Positions 11,818 to 24,459 are shown, counted from the first letter of the whole stretch. The stretch: 63,110 nucleotides of DNA, filler included, from Rhabdomonas costata (GCA_019059605.1; 53 parts of 53 records of this genome joined end to end with filler, not necessarily neighbours in it), one strand, 5' to 3'. Numbers and translations: made by a program. Notes: generated from the sequence alone by a model not told the origin.

Positions 11818-14656
11818 CACNNNNNNNNNNNNNNNNNNNNNNNNNNNNNNNNNNNNNNNNNNNNTTAATTAATTAANNNNNNNNNNNNNNNNNNNNNNNN
11901 NNNNNNNNNNNNNNNNNNNNCCGCATAGAGACCATTTTGCACAGGATGAGGACCAGGCCAGAGGTTGTTTCCACAAATAGTGCCGTAAAGTTGAATTATC
12001 TTGCAGCAGGTTCACACAAAAGCAACCTTGTTGCGACTTTTGCTTGGGTTATTGGCCGAATTATTTGTTCAAGATGGCACACGGAGGCGCGTCTCGCTAC
12101 TAGTTATTTCATGCCTCTAACACAAAGCCATCGGTAGTAACGAAGTATTTACAAATTGCAGGGACACAGTCAGCGCTGGCTGATGACATGCACTACTGGG
12201 CATTCCTTGTTGAAAAATCACAGTGGCAATCACAGATCACAAGTCAGGTCATGAGAGTTCAGCTTCAAGGATGCTACTGGAAAGTTAATACATCGCTTGT
12301 TATAGGAATCAACATGACAATTCACTTCACCAACAAGAAACAACCATACCCTACTTTCTGAGTTATCAAGGAGATTGTTTCAGGAGGTCATGTACTTTCC
12401 ATGTGCTATCCAGGTAACGTTCCACGTGAGTCCACGTGGATTTAAGTTTCATTATTGCAACGTACTCCACCATGAACCAACACACTTGGACTTCCAGTTG
12501 CGGGGGAGTTACACTGGCTGAAAAGGCCGGAATCCTTGGTGGGAAGTTGCGGTTACAGCGCGGACTAAGATGGTATATGATCCTTTTTCGATCACCGCAT
12601 GCTCGCCAATAATGAGCAGGTGAAGTCCCGCTCATTTCTTTTGCCTTTATTGGTCCTGGGCCGTGTCAAAGAGTTTCAACGCTCGCCGCCAACCTCCTTC
12701 AACACCTCCGTTCCCTTTCCAATGGCGGATCCTGATTCACACAGTGGATGGAATATGGACCAGAGCTCAACCCCTGTCCAAGGGAATTCAGCAGGTCAAG
12801 GACCCGGATCTGATCCTAATGTAATCAAGTTCTTCCAAAGCTTGCCCTTAAACGCCTAACCTACTGGTGAGGGCTTTGCCATTCTGGAATAGCTCAGAAC
12901 GCTCAACGCGGCAACGGCCGAAGCCCCTGATGGAAGGGGCAAAAAAAAAAGGGCAGAGAGCAGCCCGAGTAGAGATCGCAAGATCGCACGTTACCGCTCA
13001 CACCACCAACCCNNNNNNNNNNNNNNNNNNNNNNNNNNNNNNNNNNNNNNNNNNNNTTAATTAATTAANNNNNNNNNNNNNNNNNNNNNNNNNNNNNNNN
13101 NNNNNNNNNNNNGTGGGGTGGTGGTTGTGAACAAGTACTTTTAAGGGCCCCTCCCTGAGACAGGGTGTAGGGTGTTAAGAGGAGATGCACGGGTCCCCTG
13201 GGATTGGAATAGAAGACTTTGCAGGGGGTTAGGTGGTGATGCACGAGTTCCCTGGTATTCCTACACAGTAATTTGAAAAAGTTGGTCACTAATGCTTGGC
13301 ACTTGCCCCGGCATATGGCCTTCCATGTAACACACGCCTTGGTGAAGCACACCTTGGAATGAGACATAGTTGTGAGGGAGGGGGTGACGAGGAGTGACGT
13401 GCCTGGTCCAGCCTCTGAGCCGTTCTGGGGAGCTTCGCACAGCACCGCTCCAGAGCCGCCGTGACGTCTTGTAACTGCCGCAGCAGGTGCACGGCGTACT
13501 CCGCTGGGAGCTCGGAGCTGCTCACCCCTTCAGCCATGCGTAACGATCCGAGTGAGAGGATCGGAAAATCGGAAGCTCGAACCCAAACTTCGCCGGACAG
13601 GAAGTCCCTCCCAACACACAACCACACACAGGGGAAGGGAACAAAGAAGCTCCAAAAACGAACGAAAAATAAAGGCTGCAGAAACCGTGCGCGGAAGAGG
13701 ACGCACGCCGTTCCACACGTTTCACAAAAAGAACAGGGCTGGTCGATTCCGTCACCCCTGGCAATCCCCAACGGCGCTGACAAGGAAACGGAGCTTTCCA
13801 GCTTCGATTTTTGCGCGAGCACAGCCCAACATGCTCTTCAGGTTGAGCTGTAGTTTCCATGGCTCCATCTCCCCTCATTTCTACCATCCTTCCCGTAAAA
13901 AAATCCTTCTAACCGGTGTGACGTTCAAACTTCGCTGAGTGCATGACTGCCGCCCACCACTTGCACAACCCATTGCTGCACCTACAACTCACAGCTTCAC
14001 AAAATTAATCACCCGCATTCGTAATCGCTCTCACCCAGTAAAACACCTAATTCCAATTTCTATACCTTCCAGTAATCATTTGCCAAGGATGCTTCCACTC
14101 ATCCACTTTTCTCTGCTGAAAACAGAATGGTCCGACGGCTCCGTTCATCCCGACCAGCAGAGAGTTTCGGTCGTTTCGAGTAAAACCCCAACTGAACCAC
14201 CCCCNNNNNNNNNNNNNNNNNNNNNNNNNNNNNNNNNNNNNNNNNNNNTTAATTAATTAANNNNNNNNNNNNNNNNNNNNNNNNNNNNNNNNNNNNNNNN
14301 NNNNGTGTTGGGGTTTCGCAAATCGTCTTGCAGCCAACGGTTTACGGTTTTCAGAAGGCTCTCAAGGTTGGCACATCTCATTCAAATATTGAGCCTGAAA
14401 CTCGTAGCCTGAACTACATAGTTGGTGTGGTGAGTCTGGTGGCTGGGGCTCTGGTTCCGTGAAGGGTTCGCTTGTAGGCTTTGCACTGCAAATACTGATC
14501 CGATGTCTTTTTTTTGTCATATTTTGGGTGGTTTTCGCAGCGAGGAGGATCGGCCAAGAGAAATGAGCAGCCACCGGTGTGAAATGCTCCGTTTCTGTTT
14601 TCTCTGTGTGTTTCGCTCTTTTCTTCCTGCGCTTCACAAGCGTGTTACAGCTTGTT

Positions 14657-14660
<4 letters not shown>

Positions 14661-14688
<28 letters not shown>
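14661..14688 (+). repeat. (AC)14 microsatellite directly abutting a Penelope-like ORF
   Basis: Read directly from the sequence. Confidence 0.95.
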
Positions 14689-15398
14689 TTACCACTCGGC
14701 CATATGAAGCGGCCCGTTTTCGAGAGGTTGGGGAAACACTGGAGCGGCAGTGGATAAAGAGGCTGGGGACCATGTGGCCGAAGGGATGGAACAGCGCGTG
14801 GCCTGGAAAGCCAGTGGGCATGCGAGCAACCCGCCCAAAGGTTTATTGCAATCCGTCCCGAGAGCTCCTCTGGACCACAGCCGAGTTGCAAGCCTGGCTC
14901 AGCGAATATAGCAGAAACGAAAAGGAGTGTCGTCGCCGATTAGAAAATCAGACCCGAGAGGCGCTGCGGGAGCTGATGGAGTGGCTAGCCGGGCAGGAGC
15001 AGGAAGGAAGGCAGCCTGGAGCGTGCAGTGCAATGAGACGAGTCATTCACAGCATCCTGAAGAAAAAGCCATCAGCACAACCGAGGCAATTCATCCGGTT
15101 CCCGTTCCTCCACCAAGCCGCAGAAGAGTGCAGAGTACGAGAGGTGCTCCGCTCCCCGCAAATTTACGCGCTGCATCCCGAACCGCAAGTAGCAGCGCAG
15201 CTGCGAGTGGCTGAGTGTTACGGCCCCCGGGTGTCACAAAAACCCTTCAATTATACACCCGTGTCGAGGAGCCTGCAAGAGGTGCCTGCAGCAGGTAACG
15301 GGGAAACCTGCCCGTGCAGGACAGCACTAAGACAAGAAGTGGACGTCGAGAACCACTGCCAAGACGGACATCTCTGCACGTCGCAGTTGAGCGCGTTA
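14689..15398 (+). mobile_element. 5'-truncated Penelope-like retroelement with N-terminal GIY-YIG endonuclease (Naiad/Chlamys-type domain order)
   Basis: LERQWIKRLGTMWPKGWNS matches the GIY-YIG C-terminal E..WI..L.T..P.G.N motif. It is followed, not preceded, by the pre-RT linker FNY..CPC..DGHLCTSQL. The frame stays open to the contig end. Confidence 0.75.
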
Positions 15399-15618
15399 NN
15401 NNNNNNNNNNNNNNNNNNNNNNNNNNNNNNNNNNNNNNNNNNTTAATTAATTAANNNNNNNNNNNNNNNNNNNNNNNNNNNNNNNNNNNNNNNNNNNNGG
15501 TTTTTTTTTGGGGGGGGGGGAGGCGGCAGACGACATCAGGAATCTGGCACAGCTATCCAGCTGCAAAAAACGTTCCCTTATGTCCCCTTCCCTCCACGAC
15601 GCAGTCCTTGCCGCACAC

Positions 15619-16435
15619 CACTGCTCAAGGACCTCCTTGTACACCTCCAGCATAAGCTTGCCTTGTTGCTCCGAGATCATCCACACCCCCAGGCCAAGAC
15701 CAACGACGTGACAGTAAGCCTTCTTTTGCTTCTCTTTGGCTCTGTCGTTAGCCTCGCGCAAAAAGGGCTGGACACTGTGTCTCATCCGCTTCTTAAAGAC
15801 CTGAGGTGGGGGGCCCCCCTTGCTTGCCTGCTCGCTCCCACAACCGGGATACAAATTTAAACCATATGTGCAGACAGAAGGAAACTGTGGCTAGGCCAGC
15901 CCAGGTCTTCCAGGTAGAAACATTTCAACGGACCGTCAATATTGATTTCGCATATCGATTCTGAAATGATCTGTTCATTTTGCAACCTGGGGGAAATGGA
16001 CTAAGACTACACGAACATGAACACCACGAGGGAAACAATGAGGCGCTCAGGACCTCCAAGTGGTGAGATATTTGTCATGCATTCTCTCCCAGGCTGGCTC
16101 ATCGTTTATCCACGATGTGGTGGCATACAATAATTTATCCTAGATAAGTAAATGCGATATCAAATCTTCTCCCTCGCCACCCCTTCATTTTTCGGGCTGA
16201 TGTGCAGCACGGTAGAAGGCAAACTTCTATACTTTCAGTTCAAAAACGGTTTGGGCAGGTCTTTTACAAAACTGTCTATGGAAGCTGCGATTAGGGTGCA
16301 AAATCACGAGTGACAAGCACACGCACAGCATTGAAAAAAGCTCAGCAAAGCAGCAGGGCATACGTCCACGTTGAGGTAAACGGTCTTTCCATACTTGGGA
16401 CCAATCTTCAGGAAGCCACTGGAGGCTTTCTCCGC
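15619..16435 (-). CDS. DUF4804 / MavL-like macrodomain protein, two exons (16435-16364 and 15800-15619)
   Basis: Spliced reading KYGKTVYLNVD|VFKKRMRHSVQPFLREANDRA..KKAYCHVVGLGLGVW; phase-0 GT-AG intron. The AY.HVVGLGLGVW motif is recalled as typical of DUF4804. Confidence 0.7.
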
Positions 16436-18086
16436 CTGCATCGCGAGACACGAAAACGGCATTTCCAAAGGCTGGAAATATTTCCGAGAGACAACTTTTT
16501 ACAAGGAGGACACCCGGAAGCAGCTCAAGTGCAATAAAATCATCCCCACCCCCCTCCACGTCTTCGCTTGTTCCGACGTGCACACAAACCNNNNNNNNNN
16601 NNNNNNNNNNNNNNNNNNNNNNNNNNNNNNNNNNTTAATTAATTAANNNNNNNNNNNNNNNNNNNNNNNNNNNNNNNNNNNNNNNNNNNNGGTGTTGGGT
16701 CCTAGCGAGGTTTTGCTCGCCTTTCTTGTGTCCCGTGTCATGTGCGCGCGTTTTTCGGATGCCTTCGGGGACTCTTGTGATGGCACTGCTCTTGTACATT
16801 TGTCGTGATGGGGGCGCTTCTTTAAGAGGTTAAAAACTCTGGTCTCCCCATCCACTGCGTTTCCCTTCCCCTTGGAGGCGTGGCGAAGTGTGATGGCAGG
16901 GTTGCCGATTCCGGTGCTTATCCGTCCGATTGTCGCTGCTGTGTTCGCGCGTGTGTATTTGTGTATGTTTGTTAGTCTCGCACTGTTACTGCTGCTGTTT
17001 TGTGCGTGCTTTTGTGCACGCGTTGTTTTGCGAGTCACTTTCTCTTAGGACTTTCTGAGGGGAAAGGTACACCAGGTTGCCTCTGGCCTGGTTTTCTAGT
17101 TGCCGGTTGACGTTTTGCCAACGTTGGAATTAGCCTCCCACAAAGAGCTAAACTGTGTGACAGTATGTGACAAACCCTGTGGTTGGTCATCCGCGATTTT
17201 TGAAAACCTTGCACGGCGTTCAAGAATTGAGCGCGCCCTTATCTTCCCAATTCGCATGCCGCGAAGTAAATATAACACCTGTTTTCACCGGAAGGTGACA
17301 AGGAAACCTATGAAAAGCAGAATCGTGGCTTCTTGGGGAAAGAAAACAAACAGACATTTTTATTGTCATGGAAGCCGTTTATGCAGATTTGACTGCAGGG
17401 AATACTTGTTTTCTTTCATTTTTAACCTCAGGGTCCTTCAGCGAAAAAGTGCAAGTCATGTATCTCCCCGGAACTGAAAGTTTAATTCCTGATGTTTCGA
17501 ACAGAAGTCGTTTTATATTTATGCCGCTGGGCCTTTGCGACATCCTGCAATGAGCCGGGGCTAAAACTCACAGTTTACGGTGCCGCGTGCCAGAGTTGGG
17601 GGCGGGGTTTGTCATGGTCTTGGTCAAGCAGCCTTTTTTTGACATAGAAGAACGACAACAACATGGGGCATCCTGCACAAGCGGGGTGCCAACCCGCGGT
17701 GATTCACCACACAAAACGCAAAGTCACAGGGCAAACAGTACAAAAGTACTCGCAAGCCACCGGGCAAGCGACCCCCCAAACCNNNNNNNNNNNNNNNNNN
17801 NNNNNNNNNNNNNNNNNNNNNNNNNNTTAATTAATTAANNNNNNNNNNNNNNNNNNNNNNNNNNNNNNNNNNNNNNNNNNNNGGTGTTTTGTAGGTGCGC
17901 CATCTGACGCCGTCAGACTCCATCTGAATTTTTTTGATCGGCGTTTCGGCAGGCAACAAAAAGAATGATCCCGTCGACGCGATACGAGGTAACAGGACCA
18001 CCCAGAATAATTTGGATAGCCAAAAAACACAGGGTATCGATGCTCGAGTTCATGCCGTTTCTGAGCAGAAGAACGGGAGAACATGC

Positions 18087-18961
18087 CTCCTCCCCATCGA
18101 AGAATACAAGGTACTCGGCCTTGTTCTTCCGGATGTGCTCAACCGCTTTAGTTCGAAGCGCCCTGTGGTATCTGAAATGAAGACGCGAAATGGTAATAAC
18201 AGGTACCAATCTCCAATGAGGTGTTTTTGGGTTCAAAGCACCTCCCGTCCAATAAAAAATAAACAATAGATAATAAGGCCAAGCCCATCACACATGCATG
18301 AAGACGAGCAGAGATGGGAAAGTATCGACTCCATGAATGCGGGTGGATGCACCCCTTACCCACGCCGCTTCCGACCCCAGGGCAACAAGAGGCTTCTACT
18401 GGAGGCTCCCGCATCATTTCACCAATAACACGGGTGCATCACAGCTCGCAAAATGGTAAAAAATTGAATCTCCCCAAAAGGGGGACTGAAGGTTGCTGTT
18501 ATGTTTCAGGGGGCTCCGGGTCAAGAATAAGGTCAGAAATCACGCGCGAACCACGGAGGTTTCCCCATAACTGCAAAAATGCACCTCTTCCTCCGCCTAT
18601 GTTGCCTCACGGACAGAGCAAGAGCCTCTGCGCACCTCTGGGTACGGTACAGCTGGTACGAGAATGCCGCGAACTGGCAGCTGCCATTGTCCGTGACATG
18701 GACCTCCTTGAACTGCAGCGAGTTCAAACGCTCCAACAGCCGTCCCCGGCCCACCGTAATGTCGTCCTCCCGCATCCCGCCGCCATCACCGGAGGTCCCA
18801 TTGCCCGAAGGCGGCGAGGAAGACGAAGCGCTGGCGGGGTTGCTGGGCAGCTGAGGGGGGAAGGAGGAGGAGGTCCCACCCGTGGAAGTGAAGGAGGAGG
18901 TCCTCCCTCGAAACGAGCCCGAAGCGGAGGTGATGACTGCAAGGTCAGCTGGGGCCTGGCG
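18087..18961 (-). CDS. OTU-family deubiquitinase (plant OTU9-12-like), two exons (18961-18636 and 18171-~18087)
   Basis: RLLERL..KEVHVTDNGSCQFAAFSYQLYRTQR|YHRALRTKAVEHIRKN: the OTU Cys box and following helices, joined in frame across a phase-2 GT-AG intron. Confidence 0.85.
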
Positions 18962-19145
18962 CTGCGAGCACCGCNNNNNNNNNNNNNNNNNNNNNNNNNN
19001 NNNNNNNNNNNNNNNNNNTTAATTAATTAANNNNNNNNNNNNNNNNNNNNNNNNNNNNNNNNNNNNNNNNNNNNGTTTTGCGGCTCACTATTTCACAGGT
19101 ATGAACCCCAGAAAGACAAATTGAAGAAGATCATTTCCGAGATAA

Positions 19146-19937
19146 GCAAAGTTCCGCTCATGGAATCTTTGTCAATCTCGGAAATGATCTTCTTCAATTT
19201 GTCTTTCTGGGGTTCATACCTGTGAAATAGTGAGCCACAGGAGACAAGAGAAGCCCTCTTCCACCTCCCTTTATCGTCCCCCAGCTTTTCGGCTTCCAAT
19301 CTACTTCAATTATCCAAATTTACTCGTTGCCATAAGCTTAAGCTTCATTCCTCCTTGCGAATGCAACTCTCTCTGCTGACTGAAAACCCGAAATAAACAT
19401 ACCCCAACGCTCGCAGAGCCACTTTGAGGTCCTTTGCTTCAATGGTACCAACACCTTCAGAATCCAGCAAGTTGAAGGCGGCACGCAAGTCAGCCTCTTG
19501 TTCTTCTGTTAGCTCATTCTGTAGCCTTTCGCTATTCGACGGCTTCGTTGGCTGAAGAAAGGTGTGATGATGAAAAAAAAAGCGTCAAAAAAGGCGAACC
19601 TTGGTGGTTTTCACCAGTGCCAGTACCTTAACTGTGCATAATGATAGATTATGGAGTTTTTTTTGCTGTAGTGCAACAGCACCTGGGTTTCGGCATGAGC
19701 TGAGATAAACCAACAACCGCCTGACAAACCAACAAGCACAATGTACAGAATTCCGGTACAGCAAATTTGTCTTTCTGATCATCCCCCCATGCAATATCGG
19801 TTTTCCACAGTGTGCAAAGGCTTTTCCCCACAAAAGATGGCGCCTCAAAAGGAAACTAATCTTATCGAGAGTTGTCTACTAAAACGGTATGTAGAATGAC
19901 AACACACCTTTTTGGCTGTCTTCGCAGGTTCAGTCAT
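19146..19937 (-). CDS. Centrin (EF-hand protein), 5' part, three exons (19937-19908, 19551-19403, 19219-~19146)
   Basis: [71 protein letters not shown]. Both GT-AG introns keep frame. Truncated by a fold-back at ~19082-19143. Confidence 0.92.
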
Positions 19938-20923
19938 GTTGGGTACCTCAGTCGTCACGCGCACTTGATTTTCCGACTTTGTTCGGCAACTTAATGTGGG
20001 GCCTGTGTTCTCACATTATATTTAAAAAATGAAATTGCTTTAATTTGCTACTTATTAATGAAATTTTTACACGCCTGTTGGAGAGTGCTGGAATTTCTCC
20101 TGAAATCTGTTTTGTGATTTACTTGTTAATTTGTGGTGCTGAGAAGAACCTGTCCACCCCCCACANNNNNNNNNNNNNNNNNNNNNNNNNNNNNNNNNNN
20201 NNNNNNNNNTTAATTAATTAANNNNNNNNNNNNNNNNNNNNNNNNNNNNNNNNNNNNNNNNNNNNGGTGGGGGGGGCGTAGAGGAGAGGCGATTCTGAGC
20301 AATGGATAAGAAACTTCCGCGTGAATCAGCAGAACGTTAATTTCTGCGATCGTAGGATTTTGCTTTTGATCCTCCAGCACTTTGGGCGCCGGGTGCTTGC
20401 GAGATTCCGGAAGCGGTGAATTGGGATGTTCTGCGAGAAAACATGTAATTGAGGATGCCTATTCACTTTTTTTGCATCCCGAAAATTTGACCCCGGGCCT
20501 CGAACCTGCTCCCCGATGTGAACGGGCCCTTTGTCCACCGCATTGGCCTGAACCTGTCTGGGCCCAGGTCCATCCCCCAAGGTTCATATTTCGGCGTGGT
20601 GTAAACGGCAAAATGGCTTCTCTTTTGATGGAACGAGATAGAGCACCAATTTTTCCAGTCGGATATCAATTTTGATCATTTTTGAGAACCTTGAATCTTT
20701 TTTGTTTACCGTGCCTCGCGGGGACCCTGCCCCGCGCGGCGCATCTTCGCCATTCAATAAGCACCAAAAGTCGTTTTTACCTTCTTCAAAACATGTAAAA
20801 CCGGGTAAAAGCAGTGTATGTACGTTCATCACACAGTGAACAGTGTAAAAATGGAGGAATAACTGATGATGAAGCACCTGGAAAAGGTAAAGAGTCAGGT
20901 GGTACCCTGTGAACCGCATGGGT

Positions 20924-20950
20924 AGAGAGAGAGAGAGAGAGAGAGAGAGA
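20924..20950 (+). repeat. (AG)n microsatellite
   Basis: Read directly from the sequence. Confidence 0.95.
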
Positions 20951-22042
20951 AATTTACGCTGCAAGAGCAAAGGTACCACCACTATGGAGAGAATCCGGAC
21001 CTGTGTCCGGGCAGGTCCGGGCAGTGTAGAGGAAGCGTAGGGCGCAGAGGATGAGAATAGAGTTGGAGGAATAGCAGGCCACAAGCATAATGCTCATACC
21101 GATGCTATAATGAGTGTGTGTAGGACAGACGGTGTGTGGCTCTCCTTTACTTACACGTTCGCCTGGATGCAGAGGGAAGAGTGCTTCTTCCCCTCGCATT
21201 GACCACAAACAAGCAAAGAAATCAGGCAAAGACCGCCCATAGAAGAGCATGAACGTGGCGAACTCACAGTGCCCCTGGCAAACGCGGTGTAAGGGGGTAG
21301 AGAAGGTTCCGAGTCCCCAGTTTGGGGGTTGAGGGGGGGGGCGCATACACACCCCCCANNNNNNNNNNNNNNNNNNNNNNNNNNNNNNNNNNNNNNNNNN
21401 NNTTAATTAATTAANNNNNNNNNNNNNNNNNNNNNNNNNNNNNNNNNNNNNNNNNNNNCCAGGCGGTGTGTGTGTGTGTGTGTGTGTCTGATGTGTGAAT
21501 CCGACGACATCCTGCGGGTGATTATTGGAGAAGTGCCAGAGACAGAAAAGAGGATGTGTGTGTACCTGCGTGTGGGTAAGTGGTTTCTCAGCCATCATCT
21601 CAAGTTTCCAGAGACTGGACCACACACCGGCTGACACTAGATTTGAGCCTTCACCCTTACGCCTGAGCCAGACCAGCGTGGTGGAATTCGGGCCGATTTC
21701 GTGGCCTGACAGTGTCAGTAGCAATTTTTTCCCGTCGCCCCTAGCTCGGTGGGTGGGCCGGTGGTGGGTGGTTGTTCCCCGCATCCGCATCTCTCTATCT
21801 TCCAGCTTGTGATCATGCCAGGAAGGACTTGTGGCACTCCACCGTCTCAGCCGTGCCGTAGTGTTTCCTCTTACTGTTGGGAATCGGCTCCTTGCCGTGG
21901 GCGTTTTGTGGCCGTGCGCTCTCACCGCTTCGCCAACCCCATGCGGGATCACTTTGCGCAAAAGAGCGCTATCTTTCAGCGCCTTGTCAGGGCATCTTAC
22001 TGATCGTCCAGAGTACCTAGACCAAAGCAAAACAAAACAAAG

Positions 22043-22239
22043 GTTAACTGCGCGGCACGGGTCTCCGCGCTGGCGAACGGGGGGCAGGTGCTACTCACCA
22101 CGGAGACGGTGCGGGCGCTTACGGAGCGGGTCACCGACGAGGCGTTGTTCGAGCTGCAGGACATGGGCTCGCTCAAGTTGAAGGGCATTTCCCGGGAACA
22201 GGGCATCCACCACCTCATCCCCTTGGCTCTAAGTGAGCG
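22043..22239 (+). CDS. Class III adenylate/guanylate cyclase catalytic-domain exon
   Basis: VNCAARVSALANGGQVLLT..MGSLKLKG contains the catalytic N...R motif and the ANGGQVL motif known from trypanosomatid receptor cyclases; bounded by AG and GT. Confidence 0.9.
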
Positions 22240-22648
22240 GTGTGCATGCTTTTGGTTGTGTCTGCGTGGGCGTCGGTGTAGACATAAAACCGATGCTGAA
22301 TGCACCATTGACGCTTCTCCAGGACCTGGAGGCGGAAAGACTTCCCCAACATCAGTGCCTCGGGCACGCAGTTTGTGTATGTGTGCGACTGTCTAGAAAT
22401 CGAATGTAATCTGAAGACCCGGCTCTGCGCACTGGGCTGTTTGCTCTGGCTGCAGCTACCGCGTTTGCGGCTGAATGGATGAGTCTCGCAGTCTGACTTT
22501 TGCACTTTTATGACTGGTGAGCTGACGGGGTAAGCAAGCCCCCCCACANNNNNNNNNNNNNNNNNNNNNNNNNNNNNNNNNNNNNNNNNNNNTTAATTAA
22601 TTAANNNNNNNNNNNNNNNNNNNNNNNNNNNNNNNNNNNNNNNNNNNN

Positions 22649-23370
22649 TGTGTGTGCGAAGGGTGTGGATGGTCTGTTGGATTGACAGGAGGGTGTTGAG
22701 AGTTTGCGTGTTCGTTGAGGGTGTGGTTAGTCAGAGGGTCAGGGTCACGGTGGGGTTTCGCGTTTCAGTCGTCATGGTCATGGTGGTGCTGGTGGGTGAG
22801 AGTGACAGGGTAAGAGTGACGTGGAGCGTCAGTTTCGTACGCAGGGTACGTTTCGTGTGAAGGGTCAGTTTCGTGGGAAGGTGTCAGGGGTGTGAATGGT
22901 GACGGTGGGTTGTTGGATTGACATGTGAGTCGGAGGGAGGAGTCAGGGTCTGTCGTGAGATTGGACGTGGGTGTCATGGTGAGGGTGAGTGCTGCGTGAG
23001 GGTCTTGCGTTTAGTTTCTAGGGTTCTGTGCGTATGATGGAGGATGGAGGGTGAGGTTAAGGTCAATGTGAAGGTGAAGGTGAAGGTGAAGGTGAAGGTG
23101 AGGGTCAAGGTTGCGTGTGGAAGGTGACGGATGGTGGATGGAGGATGCGTGATGGTTTTGTGTTTTGGGGTCAGGTTCAAAGGAAGGGTGCGTGGGTTTT
23201 GTGGAGGGTGTTTTTCGTGGATGGTGGATTTCGTGGAAGGGTAAGTGGTTGGAGGGTGAGCTGTAGGGTGGGTGTTAGTAGTCGGAGTGTGGTTAAAGGG
23301 TCCTTGGGTTGATGGTTCAGGGTCCGCGGTGTGTGCGTTTTTGTTTTCGCGTGTGTGTTTGACGTCACTC
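22649..23370. repeat. Strongly G/T-skewed low-complexity non-coding tract including a (GTGAAG)n run at ~23068-23100
   Basis: C and A are depleted on the plus strand; ORFs here are compositional artefacts. Confidence 0.8.
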
Positions 23371-24459
23371 GTGGTGTCCAAGATGAATTCACCGACTCCT
23401 ATCCAAAAGATGGAACAAAGCACGCCGTGAGCAATGACATATGAAGATTAAAAACAACCCCGATGTGAATGGGAACGAGAGGGTCAGACCGCCCACGCAT
23501 GAGCATCGACAGGAAGGCTAGGATGACCAGGCGTCAACGCCTGATGAACCCACTGTCTCAGCATACACTACGAACAGCGATAAGCATGGAGATGCAACTA
23601 AGTGGGACTAAGTGGCCTATGGTGTTAGTTGAACTGTTTCTTGTGAGTTCTGCGATTAAGTGGTAAAAGAATATGGTAAGAGTAAAGCACAATAGCGCCA
23701 GTGGTCGATGGCTATAAAGTACCACTGGTTGACACAACAANNNNNNNNNNNNNNNNNNNNNNNNNNNNNNNNNNNNNNNNNNNNTTAATTAATTAANNNN
23801 NNNNNNNNNNNNNNNNNNNNNNNNNNNNNNNNNNNNNNNNGGCAAGTTCACCAGCCAATAGGATAGGGTTTCGAACACCAGCTACAGCGGCGCAAGACCC
23901 AACCACTGGAAGAGCAGGCTTTGGCACACATCCCTGGAAGCAAAAGGGAGGTCAAAGGAAACCACAATATATGAAGGTATGGGGATCCTTCTTTTGCAGG
24001 AGAAAAGGAAGAAAGATTACGAAAAGCGGCAACTGCAAGAAACACGCCTTACCCAAATTCACTCATACTTCTTTTGATGAAGCACAAACCTCAAAGTTCA
24101 AAAGGTCCCACGAAAAAACTCAATTTCAATTCAGTGTCACCCAGATTCGGAGAGGTCGAAAATCCTCAACAAAAACCCACCCAGCTCAACGTGGGAAACT
24201 TCAATCCCAGTTCAATCCATTAAAAAAAGTTCAAGGTTCAAAGCAACCCTGGGGACAAACTGGCAACCTTCCCTGTATGCACGGGCCTTGAGTTCGAATA
24301 AGAGGATCATAGTTTTTTGATTTCCCGGTTGGGGACCACAGCACGAGAGGGAGGGGGGTGCAGCGTTTCTTTAAGTGAACCTTCCCTTATGTGGACCACC
24401 ACACACATTTCATTTTTTTTTCATTTTTGCCCACACGAAAAAACAGAGAAAAGCCACAC

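Noticed and set aside
19093-19299. 68-aa ORF with symmetric-looking centrin sequence
   Set aside because: It consists of intron, centrin exon 3 and a fold-back artefact.
22654-23423. Val/Gly-rich and Thr/His/Pro-rich ORFs (also 42906-43993 and 24971-25225)
   Set aside because: By-products of G/T skew and microsatellites, which lack stop codons.
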